From the IMG/VR virus record IMGVR_UViG_3300033148_006568, positions 1 to 41,657 of that record: a stretch of 41,657 nt of DNA, one strand, 5' to 3'. The number at the start of each line of letters is the position of its first letter. Position 1 is the first letter of the stretch. The notes under the pieces were generated by a model. The model saw only the letters and a program-made list of their open reading frames with translations, was not told the origin of the DNA and made no database searches. Positions 35,129-41,657 of this stretch are shown here, piece after piece. This DNA comes from a virus. Taxonomy: Duplodnaviria > Caudoviricetes. The translations under genes were made by a program, and so were the position numbers.

Positions 35129-38100
35129 ATGAGAAAATTTTATTTATTAATTGTAATGCTTTTATTAGTAACAACTATTTCTGTTTCTGCATTTAATTTT
35201 GAAACTTCTGAAAGTGATGTTAATGTAAATATTTATGACATTAACATCACGAACTTAACTGAATTAGGTGATGTAAATATTGCTGCACCAAATAATAATG
35301 AAGTTGTAACATGGAACACAGCAACTTCAAGATGGATTGCACAATCTGTTGGAGCTCTTTCTAAATGGATTATTGGTGCTTCACCATATTGGTATAACAG
35401 TTCTGATACAATTTATTTTAATGAAACTCAACTTAATTTAACAATAGATGCAAGAGCAGGAAGCGGTGGAGCAGATGGTAATGCTTCAAGTATTTGTTCA
35501 GGAACAACAACTTATTTAGATGGTGAAGGAAACTGTGATAATATTTCTGGAGTTTATGCTCCTGTTAATTATGGTGATAATTGGAATAAAACTTATGCTG
35601 ATACACTTTATGCTTCTGCTGGTTCTGGTAATGCTTCATGGAATGAAAGTTATGCACATGGTTTATTTGATACAACTTACAATGCTACTTATGCAGGACT
35701 AATTAATAATGCAAGTTATCTTTCTACATACAATGCAAGTTATGATAAGTGGGCTTATAATATGAGTGATGGAAATGGTGGACTTTGGGAAACAAATGGA
35801 ACAATAATTTATAATAATACTGCAAGTCAATTTGGAATGGGAACTTCAACACCATTAGAATTTTTGCATATTCTGGGAGATACTATAATTGAAACAACTG
35901 ATGCTTATGGTGTTTTACATTTTGGAAACTATCCTGACCAAGCAAAAATAATGGGATATGATAATACTGGAGGAAGTGTAATGGCTTTTTATGCTGGTGG
36001 GCAAGAAATGTTTAAAGTTGGTTTAGCAGAAACTGTTGTTAATGAAGGAGGTTTAGATGGAAATTTTAGGATAGAAAGTGCTAATAATGCACATATATTT
36101 TTTGTTGATAGTGAAAATGATCGGGTTGGAATTGGAACAACAAACCCCACACATGAACTAAATGTTATTGGAGATTTAAATGTTACAGGAAATTATATTG
36201 GAGATGGTTCTCAATTAACAGGGATAAGTAGTGGAGGGAATGCAAGTTGGAATGAAAGTTATGCTCATGGATTGTTTGATACAACTTACAATGCTACTTA
36301 TGCTGGAACAACAAGTGCATGGGATGGAAATAGTTCTGCTTTAATTGGTTGTGTAAATAATGCAAGTTATCTTTCTACATACAATGCAAGTTATGATTCT
36401 AATTTAGATACAAATTGTTCTGATGGTTCTTGTGCTTCAGTTCTTTACAGAACAAATGAATCTGATTTAAATGTAAATGGTTCAGATTACTGGGATGATA
36501 TAGGTTCAATTAATGCAACTCAAATGGAAGATAATGCAGGGGTTTTAAATATTTTAGTTAGTTGGTTAGAGGGATTATTTTTATCTGATGCTGATGAAGC
36601 TAATTTAAATGTTAATAGTTCTAATTACTGGGATAATTTAGATTCTCCTTCTGCTGATTGGACTTCAACTTACAACGAAACTTATGCAGGAAGTGTAAAT
36701 AATGAAAGTTATTTATCAACTTACAATGCTACTTATGCGTTAAGTGTTGCTAATAATTCTTGGAATGAATCTTATGCAAATGATTTATATGTAGATATCA
36801 CTGGTGATGACATGACTGGAAATTTAACAAATACAGAATGGTTTAAGGGATTATTTAATTGGTCAACAACAGATGGATGGAGTTCTTTTGATGGTTCTAC
36901 TTTTGATTTTAATGAAAGTAAATTATCCACAGAATATTTTTTAGCAAGTTCAATACAAGTTGTAACTGGAACAGGAGCAGGGAGTTTAGCAGATATTCAA
37001 ACATATAATTCAATATCTTATAATGTTACAGAAGTAAATTCAGATTATGAATTAATAGTTAATTTTACTGGAATAACTGAATTTACAACATTAATAATAA
37101 AACATAAAACAGATGATGATGCCGGACATATTGCAAAAATTCAATTATGGAATTATGTTTTAGGTGAATGGGAAGATCATGGATGGCTGACTGAATCTAC
37201 AATTTATGAAACTAAAACAATGGGAGTTTATGATTCTGAAGACCATGTAAATGGAGGAACTGTACAAGTAAAATTTTATCAAGATGGAATAGGTAATGCT
37301 GGGCATATTCATCAATTTGATTGGGTTGGATTAAGTAAAGGATATGGAACACCAGTAGGGCAAGAAATAGACCCTTATTCAGTACATAGAGACGGAAACA
37401 CTCCATTAACAGCAAATTGGGATGCAGGGAGTTTTAATATAACAGCAGATTATTTTGTTGGAGATGGTTCCAGACTAACAAATGTTGCTGGTGGTAATGC
37501 TTCATGGAATGAAAGTTATGCAGATACATTATATTCTTCAACTTACAATGCAACTTATGACTCTACAACTTCAGAATGGGATGGAAATAAAACCGCTTTA
37601 ATTGGTTCTGTAAATAATGCGAGTTATTTATCTACTTACAATGAAACTTATGCTTCAAGTATTGCAAATAATACTTTTAATCAGAGTTTAACAGATACTT
37701 TATACTCAAGTGTAGAATGGGATTATAATCAATCTACTGCAGTTTATGATATGTACAATGATGCTTGGTTATCTACTTACAATGCAACCTATGATTCTAA
37801 TTTAGACACAAATTGTTCAGATAGTTCTTGTTCTGTTGTTCTATATTGGGCTAATGAATCAATACTAAATACAAATCAAAGTGATTATTGGGATAATCTT
37901 GGAAGTATTAATGCGACACAAATGGAAGATAATGGAGGTGTTTTAAATATCATGGAAAGTTGGTTATCTACTTTATTTGATACTTTATTTGGTGCAAAAG
38001 ATACAGACGATTTAACAGAAGGTTCAACAAATCTTTATGATAATGTAGATTGGAATAAAACTTATGCAGATACTTTGTATGCTGAAATTGGAAGTGGCAA

Positions 38101-39790
38101 TGCAAGTTGGAATCAATCTTTAGCAGATACACTTTATTCAGGAATAGAATATGATTATAATCAAACAACAGCAACTTATAATTTATATAATGATGTTTGG
38201 TTATCTACTTACAATATAACTTATGCTGGAGCAATAAATAATGCAAGTTATCTTTCTACTTATAATGCAACTTATGATTCAAGTGTTACAAATAATTCAT
38301 GGAATGAAAGTTATGCAACTACTTTATATGCTGATATTTCTGTAACAGGGGATAATAATTCTTGGAGTGAAGATTATGCTAATGGACTTTATGCAGATAT
38401 TTCTGTTGTTGATACAACAATAGGCAACTGTTCAGCAGATGGTTCTTGTTCATTAATTACTTATGATTCTGAATTATGGGATTCAAGTTTTAATACTACA
38501 TTTGCTACATTAGACCAACAAGGTACAGGAAACTTATCTTGGAATGAAAGTTATGCAGATACATTATATTCTTCAACTTATAATTCAACTTATGCAACAA
38601 CAACTATGGAATGGGATGGAAATAAAACAGCATTAATTGGCTCTGTAAATAATGCATCTTATTTATCAACTTACAACGCAACCTATGATTCTTCAGTTGC
38701 TAATAACTCATTTAATCAATCATTAACAGACACCCTTTATGCTGATGCAGAATATGATTATAATCAATCACTTGCAACTTTTAATATGTGGAACGCAACT
38801 TGGGATGTTGATACAGACACTACCTACACTGCAGGAGCAAATTTAAGTTTAATAGGAACAGTGTTTAGTTTAGATGCAACATCATTAAAAGATTGGCTTG
38901 ATACAATTTATGCTACAATCGGAAGTTACTTTTCAGAGAGTGATTTTCAGGCAAGTTTTGATGCAAACTTATCTGCAGTGGATCAAGATTTAAATGTAAA
39001 TAGTTCAGGTTTTTGGGATAATCTAAATGCTCCATTAGATACTTGGTTATCTACTTACAATATAACTTATGCAGGACTAATTAATAATGCAAGTTATCTT
39101 TCAACTTACAATGTTACTTACGCAAATAATGTTGGAAATATAAGTTGGAATGAAAGTTATGCAACAACTCTTTATGCAGATATTTCAGTAACAGGAGATA
39201 ATAGTTCTTGGTCTCAAGTTGTTGCAGATGGACTTTATGCAATTTTAGGATTTGGAAATGACTGGAATAAAACTTATGCAGATACTTTGTATGCTGAAAT
39301 TGGAAGTGGAAATTCCTCTTGGAATCAAAGTTATGCTTCAACATTATATGCAGGAATAGAATGGGATTATAATCAAACAACTGCAACTTACAATTTGTAT
39401 AATGATGTTTGGCTTTCAACTTATAATGCCACATATGCCGGGTTAATTAATAATGCTTCTTATTTATCTACTTATAATGCTACATATGCTGGAAACATAG
39501 ACACTAATTGTACAGACGATGGAAGCTGTCCTTTAATTACTTATGATTCAGAATTAACTTATACAACAGATACAAATGCTTCAACAATTTGTTCTGGCAC
39601 TACAACTTATTTAGATGGTGAAGGAACTTGTGATGATATAAGTGGAACTTACATTGATGTTGCTGGAGACACAATGACTGGAAATTTAAATATGTCTAAT
39701 AATAATGTAACAACAGTTGATTATATTGAATTTACAGGTGGAGGGTATATGTATTCAAATTCCAGCACATTAATATTAGGACATTCATAA
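35129..39790 (+). CDS. Giant repetitive secreted glycoprotein (fibre/adhesin-like)
   Basis: Signal peptide; repeats WNESYA, STYNATY, NNASYL, YNQ(S/T); tail-fibre-like RVGIGTTNP and GDxMTGNL motifs. Confidence 0.85.
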   Translation: MRKFYLLIVMLLLVTTISVSAFNFETSESDVNVNIYDINITNLTELGDVNIAAPNNNEVVTWNTATSRWIAQSVGALSKWIIGASPYWYNSSDTIYFNETQLNLTIDARAGSGGADGNASSICSGTTTYLDGEGNCDNISGVYAPVNYGDNWNKTYADTLYASAGSGNASWNESYAHGLFDTTYNATYAGLINNASYLSTYNASYDKWAYNMSDGNGGLWETNGTIIYNNTASQFGMGTSTPLEFLHILGDTIIETTDAYGVLHFGNYPDQAKIMGYDNTGGSVMAFYAGGQEMFKVGLAETVVNEGGLDGNFRIESANNAHIFFVDSENDRVGIGTTNPTHELNVIGDLNVTGNYIGDGSQLTGISSGGNASWNESYAHGLFDTTYNATYAGTTSAWDGNSSALIGCVNNASYLSTYNASYDSNLDTNCSDGSCASVLYRTNESDLNVNGSDYWDDIGSINATQMEDNAGVLNILVSWLEGLFLSDADEANLNVNSSNYWDNLDSPSADWTSTYNETYAGSVNNESYLSTYNATYALSVANNSWNESYANDLYVDITGDDMTGNLTNTEWFKGLFNWSTTDGWSSFDGSTFDFNESKLSTEYFLASSIQVVTGTGAGSLADIQTYNSISYNVTEVNSDYELIVNFTGITEFTTLIIKHKTDDDAGHIAKIQLWNYVLGEWEDHGWLTESTIYETKTMGVYDSEDHVNGGTVQVKFYQDGIGNAGHIHQFDWVGLSKGYGTPVGQEIDPYSVHRDGNTPLTANWDAGSFNITADYFVGDGSRLTNVAGGNASWNESYADTLYSSTYNATYDSTTSEWDGNKTALIGSVNNASYLSTYNETYASSIANNTFNQSLTDTLYSSVEWDYNQSTAVYDMYNDAWLSTYNATYDSNLDTNCSDSSCSVVLYWANESILNTNQSDYWDNLGSINATQMEDNGGVLNIMESWLSTLFDTLFGAKDTDDLTEGSTNLYDNVDWNKTYADTLYAEIGSGNASWNQSLADTLYSGIEYDYNQTTATYNLYNDVWLSTYNITYAGAINNASYLSTYNATYDSSVTNNSWNESYATTLYADISVTGDNNSWSEDYANGLYADISVVDTTIGNCSADGSCSLITYDSELWDSSFNTTFATLDQQGTGNLSWNESYADTLYSSTYNSTYATTTMEWDGNKTALIGSVNNASYLSTYNATYDSSVANNSFNQSLTDTLYADAEYDYNQSLATFNMWNATWDVDTDTTYTAGANLSLIGTVFSLDATSLKDWLDTIYATIGSYFSESDFQASFDANLSAVDQDLNVNSSGFWDNLNAPLDTWLSTYNITYAGLINNASYLSTYNVTYANNVGNISWNESYATTLYADISVTGDNSSWSQVVADGLYAILGFGNDWNKTYADTLYAEIGSGNSSWNQSYASTLYAGIEWDYNQTTATYNLYNDVWLSTYNATYAGLINNASYLSTYNATYAGNIDTNCTDDGSCPLITYDSELTYTTDTNASTICSGTTTYLDGEGTCDDISGTYIDVAGDTMTGNLNMSNNNVTTVDYIEFTGGGYMYSNSSTLILGHS

Positions 39791-39791
39791 A

Positions 39792-41657
39792 ATGGAAAAT
39801 AAAAAAAAAACATACATTATGATTTCAGTAGTAATTGTAGTATTAGTTTTAGGGGGATTAATGTTAGCTTTTCCTAAAAATCAAACTATTCAAAAATTAA
39901 CACCCAATTTTTTGAAAGGTGTTCAATCTTATGCAGGAGAAATAAATGGAGATGATGACTATGCTGAACTTCTTGTTAAACCATCACTTGAAATTAAAGA
40001 TTCAAAATATGTTTATATAAAAGATGAATGGGGAATGAATTGTTCGTTTAAAAGAGACGATTTAAATTCTTTTAATGATTTACCTTTAGATGTAATGTGG
40101 AAAGATAACACAAAATTTGGTGCAACAATAAAAGATGCTAATTCAAATTTAAATATGAAATTAGAATGTAAGAGTAATACAGAATTTAAATATGATGAAC
40201 AAAAAGATTATTATTATTTTGATGTGGATAATGTAAAAGAATTACATTCAAGAAGGATTTTAAGTGTAAGAGATATTTGTAATGATATTTGTATAAATAA
40301 GAGTATAATAATAAATGAAACCATAATTTATGATGAAGATGAAGAAGAAAATGTTACAATAAATAATACAAAAGAAATTTGTAATGAGTGGTTTCAACCA
40401 AAGTGTAAATATGTATTATCAAAAGATAATAAAATATTGATAGTTGATTTTTTAGGATATTATAATCCTATTTTGGATGAAGTTTTTATTGACCCAAATG
40501 TTTTTGATGCAGACCCAAACTGCATATCTTTATGGAAATTAGATAATGGTGCTTTAGCAACAGATTCCATAGGAAGTAATACTCTTTCTACTGCTGGAAC
40601 AGTAACAGCCGACACTTCAAATTATAAAGAAGGTGATGCAAGTGCTGACTTTCCAGGAAGTGATGATATGCTATATAGAACAGATACTAATTTAATATCT
40701 GGAACACCATATAAAAGTGGTGAGTCAAATAAAAACATATCTATTTGTCTGTGGTTCTATTTCGATACAATTACATTTCCAGATGGTGATGCTTCACTTG
40801 TAACAAAATATGATTCTGGGTCAAATTTAAGGTCATTTAGATTAAAGCTTGAGGGGGATGATAATAGTTTTTATTGGCAGACAGGGCATAATTCTGGGGG
40901 AGAATGGCAAATCTCATCTGCATTTGGCTCTGCTTTTGTTGCAGGAAGATGGTATCATGGAGGATTTACTTTAGATGAAAACGGAAATTATAGGGCAAGA
41001 ATTTGGGATGACACTGCAGGAGATTTCTTAGATTCTGATTTAACTGGACAGTTTTCAAATAGTGTTAGCATAACCACTGCTTCACTGGTTATAGGTGGCC
41101 AGATGTATAATGGTGGTTATACTGCAGCTGAGATAGATGGTCAAATTGATGAGGTTGTGATTTTTGATGATATTCTTACAGTTGATGAGATAGATGAAAT
41201 TAGAGCTGGAACTTATACAGCAGAAGAACCAGAATATCCTATCTTTTCAAGCTACTATGATAGCAATGCAACTTTAGTTGGTTCAGGGACAGGTTTATTT
41301 AATGTAACAATAACTTCAACAAATGGAACAGTTTGGCTGGAAATAAATAATACAAACATAACAGCAACAAATATAACAAGTGATGTTTATAATGCTTCTG
41401 CTGTTTTTTCAACAAATGGAACTTATTCTTATAGATGGCATAGTTGGGGAAATGGAACAGATGAAAATTATAATGTAAGTGCTGAGAGGAGTTATACTGT
41501 TAATACAACTTATGAGCTTTCAATAACAGACCCAACAACAGCGAGTCCTGATTCAGTTAATTCAGGAGACAACATTACAATAACATTTGATTTTTTAGCA
41601 GGAGAAAATAATCAAACTACAGGAGTTACTATGAATAATGTTACAATAGGAGGAAGT
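39792..41657 (+). CDS. Large secreted/virion glycoprotein, N-terminal part (signal anchor + LamG-like domain); continues through the junction to 1206, about 985 aa in total
   Basis: Missing from the ORF track because it runs off the end. ATG 39792 gives MENKKKTYIMISVVIVVLVLGG...; LamG-like motifs (SICLWF, GRWYH, IDGQIDEVVIFDDILTVDEI); many NxS/T sequons; (41544-39792)/3=584, in frame with 1..1206. Confidence 0.85.
   Translation, partial: MENKKKTYIMISVVIVVLVLGGLMLAFPKNQTIQKLTPNFLKGVQSYAGEINGDDDYAELLVKPSLEIKDSKYVYIKDEWGMNCSFKRDDLNSFNDLPLDVMWKDNTKFGATIKDANSNLNMKLECKSNTEFKYDEQKDYYYFDVDNVKELHSRRILSVRDICNDICINKSIIINETIIYDEDEEENVTINNTKEICNEWFQPKCKYVLSKDNKILIVDFLGYYNPILDEVFIDPNVFDADPNCISLWKLDNGALATDSIGSNTLSTAGTVTADTSNYKEGDASADFPGSDDMLYRTDTNLISGTPYKSGESNKNISICLWFYFDTITFPDGDASLVTKYDSGSNLRSFRLKLEGDDNSFYWQTGHNSGGEWQISSAFGSAFVAGRWYHGGFTLDENGNYRARIWDDTAGDFLDSDLTGQFSNSVSITTASLVIGGQMYNGGYTAAEIDGQIDEVVIFDDILTVDEIDEIRAGTYTAEEPEYPIFSSYYDSNATLVGSGTGLFNVTITSTNGTVWLEINNTNITATNITSDVYNASAVFSTNGTYSYRWHSWGNGTDENYNVSAERSYTVNTTYELSITDPTTASPDSVNSGDNITITFDFLAGENNQTTGVTMNNVTIGGS
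41544..41657. repeat. Terminal direct repeat copy 2 (circular assembly overlap)
   Basis: Identical to 1-114; implies a 41,543-bp circle. Confidence 0.97.

Noticed and set aside
35129-39790. Diversity-generating retroelement TR/VR pairs among the repeats
   Set aside because: No reverse transcriptase was recognised; the repeats are in-frame protein repeats and differences are not confined to adenines.

Overview
This window looks like the complete circular genome (41,543 bp plus a 114-bp terminal overlap, very AT-rich) of an archaeal virus. It is probably enveloped and spindle-shaped or similar; a DPANN host (Pacearchaeota/Woesearchaeota-like) is an inference. It encodes a primase-polymerase/Zn-finger/SF3 helicase with adjacent inverted repeats, a tyrosine recombinase, a morphogenesis-type P-loop ATPase, two paralogous two-helix capsid-like proteins with class III signal peptides, and large N-glycosylated LamG/MAM/repeat surface proteins. 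It also has two nucleotidyltransferase-fold proteins and many small RHH/wHTH regulators. The most striking feature is at 8321-14291: an array of eight modular gene cassettes (HD hydrolase, a probable structured ncRNA, three DNA methyltransferases, an RNA ligase, hypotheticals). They are separated by attC-like imperfect hairpins whose outer boxes use AAT/ATT instead of the integron AAC/GTT. Each cassette's 5' end is the reverse complement of its own 3' end through a cassette-specific 13-14 bp arm, which would rebuild a branched recombination site when the cassette circularises. This resembles an integron-like cassette system of a type I do not recognise, carried by an archaeal virus. Several pseudoknot-like ncRNA candidates, a fixed-spacing promoter motif and other modular duplications were also seen. 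All family calls come from motif reading only; no searches were run.
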